DNA of 64,000 nucleotides from Anaerolineaceae bacterium (lineage in GTDB: Bacteria > Chloroflexota > Anaerolineae > Anaerolineales > Anaerolineaceae). Below are positions 52,591-61,746 of this stretch, piece after piece (the first letter of the stretch is position 1; each line of letters begins with the position of its first letter). The notes beneath the pieces are model-generated. The model was not told the origin of the DNA. It did no database searches and worked only from the letters and a program-made list of their open reading frames with translations. The stretch spans positions 210,061 through 274,060 of the forward strand of contig JAJUGU010000002.1 in assembly GCA_029265815.1 (NCBI GenBank), given 5' to 3'. Made by a program: the position numbers and the translations under genes.

Positions 52591-53361
52591 ATGAGATTGA
52601 CAGAGGATGAACTGAAGCGTTATCAGAAACAATTGCTTTTACCCGAAATCGGTAAAGATGGTCAATCGCGGTTAAAAAAGGCATCCGTGCTGGTCGTTGG
52701 CGCCGGAGGCCTAGGGTCACCAGTGCTGCTCTACCTGGCCGCGGCTGGAATCGGACACATTGGAATTGTGGATGGTGATCAGATAGAACTCTCGAATTTA
52801 CAGCGTCAGGTGATCCATGATACCGCTGAAGTGGGGAACAAGAAGGCTGAATCAGCGTTGATCAGGTTAAGGAATCTGAACCCTGAAATTGAAATCGATA
52901 TTCATAATGAGAGGTTTACCGAAGCAAATGCTCACCAATTGGCAGCAGGACGCGATGGTATTGTGGATTGCACCGATAATATGGAAACCCGATTCCTGAT
53001 CAATTCCACTTGCGTTATTCTCGGGATTCCATTTATTTTTGGTGCAGTTTTTCGATATGAGGGTGAAGTCTCCGTATTCGATGCCAGGTTCGGGCCATGC
53101 TTTCGCTGTATGTATCCGGTTATACCGGAGAAAAACGCGGTACCAGATCCTGCGGCTAATGGGCTGCTGGGGACGGTTCCTGGTCTGATTGGTATGCTGC
53201 AGACTACCGAAATGCTTAAATTAATTCTTGGCATCGGCGAACCACTTTATGGCAGATTGTTGTTGTACGACGCGTTATCTGTCTCTTTTAGATCAGTTAA
53301 AATTGCGAAGAATCCGAATTGCCCTGTGTGCGGTTCAGGAATCGAGGAGAATCATAATTAA
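52591..53361 (+). CDS. ThiF/MoeB-type E1-like adenylyltransferase
   Basis: It begins MRLTEDELKRYQKQLLLPEIG. The nucleotide loop is VLVVGAGGLGSPVLLYLAAAGIG, followed by LSNLQRQ, and the zinc Cys pairs are CFRC and CPVC. The ORF is open from GTG 52567. Confidence 0.85.
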   Translation: MRLTEDELKRYQKQLLLPEIGKDGQSRLKKASVLVVGAGGLGSPVLLYLAAAGIGHIGIVDGDQIELSNLQRQVIHDTAEVGNKKAESALIRLRNLNPEIEIDIHNERFTEANAHQLAAGRDGIVDCTDNMETRFLINSTCVILGIPFIFGAVFRYEGEVSVFDARFGPCFRCMYPVIPEKNAVPDPAANGLLGTVPGLIGMLQTTEMLKLILGIGEPLYGRLLLYDALSVSFRSVKIAKNPNCPVCGSGIEENHN

Positions 53362-53368
53362 TAGATCC

Positions 53369-54235
53369 ATGGATGATGCATTAATGGAAAAAAATCCAAA
53401 GAAAATACTTTTAGCTGTATTAGCACATCCAGATGATGAAACTTTTGGCACCGGTGGAACGCTGGCTTTCTATGCCCGTCAGGGTGTTGAAGTTCACCTG
53501 GTTTGTGCAACCCGTGGCGAGGTGGGAGATGTACCAAATGAATTAATGGAGGGCTTTAATTCCGTCGGAGATTTACGTGAAAGCGAATTGCGCTGTGCTG
53601 CCAGACATCTCGGGCTTGCAGGGGTGCATCTACTTGGCTATCGTGATTCGGGGATGGCCGGTTCGCCAGATAACAATCATCCACAGGCACTGGCTGCACA
53701 GGATATTGACAGGGTGACAGCTGATGTGGTGCATTATATCCGACTGCTCAAACCGCAAGTTGTAATTACTTTTGATCCGATTGGTGGTTATATGCACCCG
53801 GATCATATTGCCATCCAGAGGGCGGCAGAAAAAGCATTTTACGCTGCAGGGGATCCGAACCAATATCCAGATGATTTACCACCTTATCAGCCGAAAAAAT
53901 TATATTTCAACACATTTCCACGAGGATTTTTACGCATAGCTGTGCGATGGATGCGGCTGACGGGAAAAGATCCTCACAAATTCGGCCGTAACCATGATAT
54001 TGATCTGGTTCCGGTTGCTGAAGCTCGATTCCCGGTCAACGCAGTGGTAGATTACCGCCGCGTTCTAGAGATAAAAAATGAAGCTTCAGCCTGCCATGCC
54101 AGTCAGGGAGGTTCAAGGATTACAACCGGCGTGATGGGATGGATCAGGAAATGGTTTGGGATCAGCGACCAGTATATGCGTGCTTACCCACCGCCTGGAA
54201 AAAGGCGAGAAAAAGACCTCTTTGATGGAATCTAG
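53369..54235 (+). CDS. PIG-L/LmbE family N-acetylglucosaminyl deacetylase
   Basis: The start is ATG 53369; the track ORF from 53228 overlaps the upstream gene. Motifs are LAVLAHPDDETFGTGGTLA and HPDH. Confidence 0.8.
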   Translation: MDDALMEKNPKKILLAVLAHPDDETFGTGGTLAFYARQGVEVHLVCATRGEVGDVPNELMEGFNSVGDLRESELRCAARHLGLAGVHLLGYRDSGMAGSPDNNHPQALAAQDIDRVTADVVHYIRLLKPQVVITFDPIGGYMHPDHIAIQRAAEKAFYAAGDPNQYPDDLPPYQPKKLYFNTFPRGFLRIAVRWMRLTGKDPHKFGRNHDIDLVPVAEARFPVNAVVDYRRVLEIKNEASACHASQGGSRITTGVMGWIRKWFGISDQYMRAYPPPGKRREKDLFDGI

Positions 54236-54236
54236 G

Positions 54237-54269
54237 AAAAAAGCCGTCTGTTAACGGACGGCTTTTTTT
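54237..54269 (+). terminator. Terminator hairpin overlapping the 3' end of the convergent thioredoxin-fusion gene
   Basis: The sequence is aaaaagccgtc-tgttaacg-gacggcttttttt. The stop codon of the minus-strand gene (54251-54253) lies in the loop. Confidence 0.7.
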
Positions 54270-54778
54270 GTAACTTTGTTTTTTATCCAACCACTAACCG
54301 CGCGATAGATCGGACAGCGGTCATAAAAAGCGGAAAAAGTAATCGCAACACCTAATAAGATCAAAAGAATCGAATTATTATATGCAATCCCGCCAATAAT
54401 GAGGACAAGACCCGCTGCAGCACGAAAAATCCGTGATGCGAGAGCGGGTTCTTGTTTTGAGGTGGTTTTGCCTTCGGTTAAATCAGCAAAAAACTTATCA
54501 ATACTTGACTGAGGCTGAAATCCTGTTTTACGAAAAACGGATTTTCCGCCTGAATACCCGATCATTGTGGGCACTGCCATAATTCTCAATGATTGGGCGA
54601 TTTCAGGGCTTTCGTCAACATTTACCTTTAGAAGGTCAACTTTCCCCTGATATTTGGATGCTGCTGCCGAAAGGAATGGGGCCATTGCTTTACATGGATG
54701 GCACCATGGCGCCCAGAATTCCACCACAAGTGGACGAGTTTGCTGCAAAATTTTCAATTCAAATGACTTAAGATTCAT
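54251..54778 (-). CDS. Thioredoxin domain fused to a DUF2892 (YgaP-like) membrane domain
   Basis: 175 aa with the active site WAPWCHPCK. The C-terminal part has two TM helices and ends ...FYDRCPIYRAV, a DUF2892-type Cys motif. Confidence 0.75.
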   Translation of the reverse strand: MNLKSFELKILQQTRPLVVEFWAPWCHPCKAMAPFLSAAASKYQGKVDLLKVNVDESPEIAQSLRIMAVPTMIGYSGGKSVFRKTGFQPQSSIDKFFADLTEGKTTSKQEPALASRIFRAAAGLVLIIGGIAYNNSILLILLGVAITFSAFYDRCPIYRAVSGWIKNKVTKKAVR

Positions 54779-54831
54779 ATCTATCCATGCAAAGAGCAGG
54801 GAAGAACTCCCTGCTCTTGATGATTGTGATG

Positions 54832-55032
54832 TTAAGATTTTTTGGTGCTGAACTTAAACAAACTGTATAACGGACAGTAACCGACGATACCAGTAAGAAG
54901 AGGAACAAAACCAAGGATCTTGAAGATTAAACCGAGGGTACCTGTAACAAAACCACCCCAACCCATTATTAAGAGAACAACACCAAGCACCACCCGAATA
55001 ATGCGGTCCGCTTTTGATTCATTTATTTTCAT
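54832..55032 (-). CDS. DUF2892 family small membrane protein
   Basis: 66 aa with ADRIIRVVLGVVLLIMGW ... GYCPLYSLF. Confidence 0.7.
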   Translation of the reverse strand: MKINESKADRIIRVVLGVVLLIMGWGGFVTGTLGLIFKILGFVPLLTGIVGYCPLYSLFKFSTKKS

Positions 55033-55103
55033 AATGACCTCCTGTTATCCTTTCTAATTCATTAGATGTTACTGAATTCAGAAAGTGACATCAGGAAGGC
55101 AGT

Positions 55104-56207
55104 TTATAGTTTGATCTTATTTCCGCAAAATTCGCAGATGATGTAATCCATCCCGCGCAGAACCGGTTTGGTGATGGCGCCGCCACAGTTAGGGTATTTC
55201 TCAGGGGCTGATTTGGCTTTTTCGATTGCCTCCTGGTCGATTGCGAGTGCACGGTCAGAATCCAGCTCCTTGTTCTTCACCTGGGTGATTAATTGCTGCC
55301 ATGTATTACAATCCTGTCCTTCAATGTGTAATTTAGCACTGCGGGCAAAACATCCAGATTCGAAATCCAACTGTATCCAATCTTCGTTTTTGAACATACC
55401 CTGTTTGGTTGCATTAACACGGGCAATGCTGAATACAGGCACTTCAAATTGGATTTGCTGAACTTTTTGTCGTTCAGTAGTGATGAACAACACTTTTTTT
55501 GTGGCGATTTCTTCACGCTGTTCAAAGATCAAGCGCTGATCTGTGAGGAAGAGGATTCCATCAGGATCCTCCTTATCCTCTTTATCATCCCGAGTCCACA
55601 CTGCCTTGACCGCATTGACCAGGCTTTCACCTGGAAGGAACCCAAAGCTCGCTGATTCTGCCCAATCAAGGGCTTTTTCGATCTGAGCTAGTTGCCCCTT
55701 GATCTTATCCACTTCAGAGCCAATGCTGGAATACATTTCTCTGCAACTTCGTTCGGAGGCGGAAATCTTCGTTTCAAAAGAATCAATTTCATTCTTAATG
55801 ATGTTTATGGTTGCCTGTGTGGTAGATCCTAGGCTGAGTGCAGCCACACGGCTTTCGATCGGACGTAACTGGCTGCCAAGAGAATTCGACTCAAAAATAA
55901 TATGGCTTTGTATGCCGCCACGTTTCAATGTCCATTGTTTTTGAAGCTCTAGAGCCTGCGATTCCATGATCTTATTGAAGGCGTATTTTCGATCACGCAG
56001 CTTTTGAATACGGGTGGACAATTGGGCAATATCCGAATCCAATGTGGCGTATTCATCACGAATAGAAGTCAACTTTGATTTGTCAATGAGTGAATTGAAA
56101 TCGCTGCGAGCAGACGCGATATCTCGTTTGAGTTGCTCAGCAGGTGAGATAGTGGCAGAAGTTGGTTTGTTTTCTTGCCTGCCCTTGCTGGTTGGTCTGT
56201 TCATCAT
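55104..56207 (-). CDS. Hypothetical protein: coiled-coil N-half, PH/GRAM-like middle, C-terminal zinc ribbon
   Basis: 367 aa. Heptad-like helical segments cover the first ~190 aa. DGILFLTDQRLIFEQ followed by beta-rich sequence is PH/GRAM-like. The zinc ribbon is CPNCGG-x17-CEFCG. Confidence 0.5.
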   Translation of the reverse strand: MMNRPTSKGRQENKPTSATISPAEQLKRDIASARSDFNSLIDKSKLTSIRDEYATLDSDIAQLSTRIQKLRDRKYAFNKIMESQALELQKQWTLKRGGIQSHIIFESNSLGSQLRPIESRVAALSLGSTTQATINIIKNEIDSFETKISASERSCREMYSSIGSEVDKIKGQLAQIEKALDWAESASFGFLPGESLVNAVKAVWTRDDKEDKEDPDGILFLTDQRLIFEQREEIATKKVLFITTERQKVQQIQFEVPVFSIARVNATKQGMFKNEDWIQLDFESGCFARSAKLHIEGQDCNTWQQLITQVKNKELDSDRALAIDQEAIEKAKSAPEKYPNCGGAITKPVLRGMDYIICEFCGNKIKL

Positions 56208-56229
56208 ATCACTCCTTAAGATGCTCTAG

Positions 56230-57477
56230 TTATGTGCTTTTTATCAGACTTAACAAAAGGTTTTCCATTTCAACGGCATTCTTTGCGCGATTGAAGTGCT
56301 CACATACATATTCACGACCGTTTGTGCCCATTTGGTTTGCTTCTGCTGCATGATTGGATAAGTATATAACAGCATTTGCTAGCGCTTGCGGATCACCAGG
56401 TTGAACAAATACCCCGGCCTTTGCGGTTTCGATCACTTCACGAATCACGCCGTCAATGGCGCACAACACAGGTCTACCGGCTGCCATGTAATCAAATACT
56501 TTGTTGGGATATGTGGTTTTATACATCTCCACGGGTTTGAGAATGGCAATGCAGGCGTCTGCGGCTGCCATCACACCGCTCATCTCATCCTTTGGCACTG
56601 GAGGGATGAAGTAAATATTATTCAGGTGCATTTCGCGGGCGGTGTTCATTAAATTTACCTTTTCTTTACCATCGCCCACAAACACATAAACAATTCGTGG
56701 ATCAGACGCGGTAAGAGCAGCTGCTTTCAGGATCACTTCGAGATCGTTGGATACACCGTGAGCACCTGCATAGAGCATGATGCAGGCATCCTGTAAACCT
56801 TGTTCCTGACGGAATTTGTCTCCCTTGTCTTCAGGGTCGAACATGTTGGGATCGACTCCATTGGTTACCAGGCTGATGTTTTTGCCGCCGCGTTCTTTGA
56901 TATGGTTGATAAATCCTGGCGAATTCACCACCAGCAGATCAGCATGACGGTAGAGGAATTTTTCCAGCCATTGTGACAGACTTATTAATAATGGATTTTT
57001 CAACACTTTCATAGCGATGGCGAATGCCGGCCAGAGATCGCGGATTTCAAAGAGAAATTTCACGCGTTTGATTTTTGCCAGGAGCCACGCTGTCCATCCC
57101 TGAAAGATCGGAGGGGAAGTGCCCCAGATGACATCAACGTTCTTTACACCCAACCCAATAAAAAAAGAAGAGAACATAAAGCTAAAGAAACTGAGCAATC
57201 GGTGAAAGAAACTACGGTGAAGTGCCGGGTAGGTATAGGCGCGCAGAATGCACAGACCGGGTTCAGGCTCCTCTCTGATTAACCAGTGAACCTTCCCCTG
57301 ATTTGCCTTGCCTGTGAGATAACTTATGGGGCTGGTGATCACAGTTACCTGGTGGCCATGCTGGATGAATGAATGCGCCATTTCGTAATGACGGGTACCT
57401 CCAGGTTCATTAAGAAGTGCAAATGCCTGGTGAATAAGCAAAATATGTTTACCGGTGAGTTGGTTAGATTGATTCAT
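56230..57477 (-). CDS. Glycosyltransferase, GT4 family (WbuB-like)
   Basis: 415 aa. The N-terminus is HILLIHQAFALLNEPGGTRHYEMAHSFIQHGHQVTVIT and a GT-B C-terminal half is present. Confidence 0.8.
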   Translation of the reverse strand: MNQSNQLTGKHILLIHQAFALLNEPGGTRHYEMAHSFIQHGHQVTVITSPISYLTGKANQGKVHWLIREEPEPGLCILRAYTYPALHRSFFHRLLSFFSFMFSSFFIGLGVKNVDVIWGTSPPIFQGWTAWLLAKIKRVKFLFEIRDLWPAFAIAMKVLKNPLLISLSQWLEKFLYRHADLLVVNSPGFINHIKERGGKNISLVTNGVDPNMFDPEDKGDKFRQEQGLQDACIMLYAGAHGVSNDLEVILKAAALTASDPRIVYVFVGDGKEKVNLMNTAREMHLNNIYFIPPVPKDEMSGVMAAADACIAILKPVEMYKTTYPNKVFDYMAAGRPVLCAIDGVIREVIETAKAGVFVQPGDPQALANAVIYLSNHAAEANQMGTNGREYVCEHFNRAKNAVEMENLLLSLIKST

Positions 57478-59416
57478 CCATTAATTTCCAATTCGTAGTG
57501 ATCGTGATTGACCCTGATGCTCGATAGGTACATAAATACGAAAGGACAGCATGTTTTTCAGTATACGTATTGGATTCCCATCCCAGAATTGGATCAATTC
57601 TTGATCCAAATAAGGTCTTACCGCCACGAATCAGGGACCTATCGTGGAGTGTTACATTAGAATTTTTTTCGTCATGGCTGGCCGTGATTTGGATCACGAT
57701 CGATTTTTGATTTTTTACAAGCCGCAGACAATCGTTTCCCTGAATCCAAGACCAATCGGGAAGGAGCCAATGAATTGTGAAGAAGTGGTCTTTTTGATCG
57801 GGGTGGAACTGGATCAGATGATCAATGATCGCAAAACCAATCCCCTTGATCAGAGAGATTGATCGTTGGTGTCTGTATCCAAGTTTTCGATAACCATCAT
57901 GAGAAGCAGATATCTTGGTCAAGTCAGAATTAGGCATCCACTGCGCATTGGCTCGATCCAGCCATAGGAATCGGCTGACACGTTCCATTTGGTCCAGATC
58001 ATCGATAGTAATCGTATTGTGTACCCTTGTAGAATCGAGTGCGTTTTGCCAGGGCGGTGGATCATTGTAGGAATAGGTGCCGGCGTCTCTGGCAATATTA
58101 ATCCCGTCCCACCAAAGATCTGCATGGAGCTGGTCAGCGTGAGCCGGGCGGCCTTGGAATTTAACACCGCGCAGTGTTCCCCACATATTTGAATCCTCGA
58201 CTTTATGAATAGCTGGAGAAGTAAATGCAGGGATTGAGGTTAATCCTTGAAGGCGAGGGAGCTCGAACCAATCGGAGAGTTCATCCCACTGACCGGGCGG
58301 CAGGCAAGGACAACCAAGGAAGGCAAGAGCAGCAGCCTGCACTGTGGGGCGGTAATCACGAAATTCTGTACATCCCAATGGGAGGATCAATGATCCATCG
58401 TTGTGACCAAGGTTAGGTGCCTGACCGCTTACCGGGTCTACCTGAGAGATCAGCCAACGAGCCGCCTGGGCAAGACGTTCCTGCAATTGACCTGAAAGTG
58501 ATCTTCCGTGTTTTTTCAGATGCGCTGAATAGAGCAGAGCAAGCTGAAGCATCATACGATGATAGTTTGTGCTGTGCTGCGAATAAGTTCCATCAGGTGA
58601 GATCTGTTTTAGTAATGATCGCTCAAATTCGATTTCTCCGATTTTTATCCAGTGGTCTGCAATTTCTGGATTTGTGGTGAAGCAATCTCCGGCGAATACC
58701 AATCCCAGGGCTTCGCTCAGGATGTGGTTGTTGTTCTGGGATCTGGCGTAGGATAAGGTAGGTAAAATGCGCATGGCATGCTGATATATGGCTTCTGATA
58801 GCATGCGAATCCGTTGTGAAGTTGTGGCAGGCGCATCAATCATCGAACTTAAGGTAATGAGCCAGATGATCAAACGCAGCGCTACTTCTTGAGCGGAGGA
58901 CCAGTTGGGTCCAAGGTTAACTGGGTTGAAACGAATGAATTCTTCAACTTTCAACCAGAATAACGCGGCATAATCATTATCTCTGGTGGCGGAATAAGCG
59001 CGGGCCAACACCAGAGACCAGTTAAAGCGTGATGGCTCCCAAACTTTCTTGATATCTACTCCATCAATATCGTTTGAGTATTCAGACCAATGTTTTAATT
59101 CACCAAGTGCAGGGTCAAGACTAAGCGGGGTAACTTCTGAGATAAACGGTCGGAATTTTCCCTCGAACAAGTTCTGCAGTTCCTGTGAGGGGGTAAGCAA
59201 TCCTTTCGTTTTACTAAGGGCTTTCCAGTTTGATTCAAATATTGATAGATCTATGTTTGACAGGTCTGGAGGTAATTTCTCAGGTTTAACACCCATAATC
59301 GGTGTTTGGCGACGGATCTCACCACTGCGCAGCTGCATCTGAAAAACTGCATAGGAAAAGATATCGGAAAGACCGATTTCTTTTATTAAAAGGGTGAGTT
59401 TCTTGATTTTTTTCAC
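57464..59416 (-). CDS. Heparinase II/III-like (alginate-lyase-fold) protein
   Basis: 650 aa with NWSSAQEVALRLIIWL (N-terminal toroid motif) and GRPAHADQLHADLWWDGINIARDAGTYSY. It overlaps the downstream GT by 14 nt. Confidence 0.75.
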   Translation of the reverse strand: MKKIKKLTLLIKEIGLSDIFSYAVFQMQLRSGEIRRQTPIMGVKPEKLPPDLSNIDLSIFESNWKALSKTKGLLTPSQELQNLFEGKFRPFISEVTPLSLDPALGELKHWSEYSNDIDGVDIKKVWEPSRFNWSLVLARAYSATRDNDYAALFWLKVEEFIRFNPVNLGPNWSSAQEVALRLIIWLITLSSMIDAPATTSQRIRMLSEAIYQHAMRILPTLSYARSQNNNHILSEALGLVFAGDCFTTNPEIADHWIKIGEIEFERSLLKQISPDGTYSQHSTNYHRMMLQLALLYSAHLKKHGRSLSGQLQERLAQAARWLISQVDPVSGQAPNLGHNDGSLILPLGCTEFRDYRPTVQAAALAFLGCPCLPPGQWDELSDWFELPRLQGLTSIPAFTSPAIHKVEDSNMWGTLRGVKFQGRPAHADQLHADLWWDGINIARDAGTYSYNDPPPWQNALDSTRVHNTITIDDLDQMERVSRFLWLDRANAQWMPNSDLTKISASHDGYRKLGYRHQRSISLIKGIGFAIIDHLIQFHPDQKDHFFTIHWLLPDWSWIQGNDCLRLVKNQKSIVIQITASHDEKNSNVTLHDRSLIRGGKTLFGSRIDPILGWESNTYTEKHAVLSYLCTYRASGSITITTNWKLMDESI

Positions 59417-59439
59417 TCAAGGTATCCAGGTTTGGTTGA

Positions 59440-61593
59440 TCAGATTACGATCTCTTTTCCCGAATGAATGGCTTCGACCGCTGCGAAGCTAGCCTTTGTG
59501 GTGTTGATCAGTTGCTCGTATGGGATCGGTGGGTTGCCACCATGCGTTATAGCGTTGACAAACTCCACCCATGCAGCAGCGTGACCTTTATCCTGACGAA
59601 GCCTTGAGTGGAAGGTTTGTTTCTTCGTTTCTGTTATCAAATCAAGGGTTCGGAAATCGATGAGCATGCCAATCTTTCCGCCGCAATAGACTTCTACCTG
59701 CTCCTTGGGATAGTTCTTGTTACCATTGGCAAGGTAAGTGACCGTGCCAACGGAGCCATCGCTGTATTTGAATGTCAAAATGACATTATCATGCCTGTAC
59801 TTTCCAACATCTTCGAGAGCCGTTCCAGTGACTGATAAGGGGGTAGAACCGGTGAGATAGGTAAGGAAGTCGATGAAATGACATCCTTCACCAATGATTC
59901 TGCCGCCGCCCTGCTGTGGATCATGCAGCCAGTGGGTTGGGGGAAGATATCCAGCATTCACATGGTAGTGGATCGACATTGGCTCTGTACGGTTGTTGAA
60001 AAATTCTTTTAGTTTTATCGCCATGAGCGCGAAACGGCGGTTGAAGCCAACGGTTAATAATGGACAGTCCGCTCGCTCGATCTCGTTTTCAATGCCCTGT
60101 AATTCTTCACGGGTTAACGCCAGCGGTTTTTCGCAGTAAACTGCTTTATTGTTTTTGAGTGCAGTAACAACCTGACGGGCGTGTACCTGGTGGCGGGTAA
60201 GGATAACCACCGCGTTGATATCTGGATCTGAAAGGACCTCATCCTCCGATGAAGAGGCGTATCTGAAACCAAACTTCTCGGCAGCGTGCTTGGCGCTTAA
60301 ACCTGAAGCAGTGGCAATACCCCTCAGATTTGCGTTCGCGTTTTTTTTCATGATGGGCAGAAAAACTGCCTGGGCATAGTTGCCCGCGCCAAGAACCCCT
60401 ACCTGGATTTTCTGCGGTATTGGATTTTCAACCGCTGCCACAGCAATTTTTCTTTCTGGCTTTTGATCGATTGGTTTTTTCAGATAGGTAAGCAGAACAC
60501 CGAGGAAAGGCTGTCCGGTTTTTCCGGTGATCAATTCGTAAGCACTCGGAGCTTCTGTGATCGGATAGCGGTGGGTGATCAACGGCGTGACATCCACTTT
60601 TCCAGTGCTGAGGAGATCAATGAAAGACTCAATGTTTCGTCCTTCGGTCCATCTGACATAGCCTAGCGGGTAATCGATACCCTTTTCTTCGTATTGTGGG
60701 TCATACCTGCCTGGGCCATAGGAACGTGATACCTTAAAAATGAGTTCTTTCTCGTAATATTTTTTTCGTGGAATTTGAAAACCAACTGCACCCACGGCAA
60801 CAACAGTACCACGATCGCGCGCAATTTCTCCAGCCAGTTCCACCGGATCGTTGGATGGAGTATCTGCACAGATTAATACATGGTCAAAACCACGGCCTCT
60901 GGTAAATCCTGAAACAAGATCGACGCAATCGTCGCGTTTCGCGGCGGTGAATCCCATTTTCTGTGCAAGATTGACTCGGTCTTGCGAGATGTCAACGCCA
61001 AAAACGATGCAGCCGGCTGCTCTGGCAATTTGCGCGGTCAGCAATCCGAGCAATCCGAGGCCGATGATACAGACAAATTCTCCAATTTGTGGTTGCGCAA
61101 GACGGAATCCTTGCATCGCTATTGCGCCTAATGTGGCAAACGCAGCTGATTCAAAGTCGACCGTGTCTGGCAGGTGTACCAAGAGATTACGCGGCACGAC
61201 CGCGTATTCAGCATGGACAGCGTAACCACCGCCAGCACAGGCCACTCGGTCACCAGGGCTGAATCCCTGTAGATCTTCACTTACTTCGACAATGGTCCCA
61301 GCGGAAGAATATCCCAGTACCATAGGTTGATCGAGTTTATTGAAAGCCGCCTCAATGGAGGTGAGAACACCCTCACGCCTGGCTTTTTGTATCACTTGCT
61401 TGACAAGGTCCGGCCTTGAAGCAGCTTTTGCGAGAAGACTCTTTTCAGCGAATTCAACCACCATGCGTTCTGTTCCGGCTGAAACAAGTGAAGCAGCCGT
61501 TTGAACCAGGGCGCAATTGCGCTTCAAGCCAGGAATTGGAACCTCCTCAACGGTTGTTTTTCCATTTTTTAAATGCTGCAAGACTTGTTTCAT
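59440..61593 (-). CDS. Bi-domain oxidoreductase: zinc-type alcohol dehydrogenase-like (MDR) N-half plus Gfo/Idh/MocA C-half
   Basis: 717 aa. The MDR half has the GroES-like region and the Rossmann motif IIGLGLLGLLTAQIA. The second Rossmann motif is VGVLGAGNYAQAVFLP, with an EKP-type motif (CEKPLA). Confidence 0.8.
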   Translation of the reverse strand: MKQVLQHLKNGKTTVEEVPIPGLKRNCALVQTAASLVSAGTERMVVEFAEKSLLAKAASRPDLVKQVIQKARREGVLTSIEAAFNKLDQPMVLGYSSAGTIVEVSEDLQGFSPGDRVACAGGGYAVHAEYAVVPRNLLVHLPDTVDFESAAFATLGAIAMQGFRLAQPQIGEFVCIIGLGLLGLLTAQIARAAGCIVFGVDISQDRVNLAQKMGFTAAKRDDCVDLVSGFTRGRGFDHVLICADTPSNDPVELAGEIARDRGTVVAVGAVGFQIPRKKYYEKELIFKVSRSYGPGRYDPQYEEKGIDYPLGYVRWTEGRNIESFIDLLSTGKVDVTPLITHRYPITEAPSAYELITGKTGQPFLGVLLTYLKKPIDQKPERKIAVAAVENPIPQKIQVGVLGAGNYAQAVFLPIMKKNANANLRGIATASGLSAKHAAEKFGFRYASSSEDEVLSDPDINAVVILTRHQVHARQVVTALKNNKAVYCEKPLALTREELQGIENEIERADCPLLTVGFNRRFALMAIKLKEFFNNRTEPMSIHYHVNAGYLPPTHWLHDPQQGGGRIIGEGCHFIDFLTYLTGSTPLSVTGTALEDVGKYRHDNVILTFKYSDGSVGTVTYLANGNKNYPKEQVEVYCGGKIGMLIDFRTLDLITETKKQTFHSRLRQDKGHAAAWVEFVNAITHGGNPPIPYEQLINTTKASFAAVEAIHSGKEIVI

Positions 61594-61746
61594 GAAATCA
61601 CCTCTGCCAGATTATATTCTATTATAACTTTTCACTTGGAATCAGCACCATACATAATGAACGAGCATTGATGTACTAATTTGAATAATCTGGCATAAAA
61701 CATGCACCTACTCACCTGAATCATTATGTTGAGGTCTGGAGGAAGC

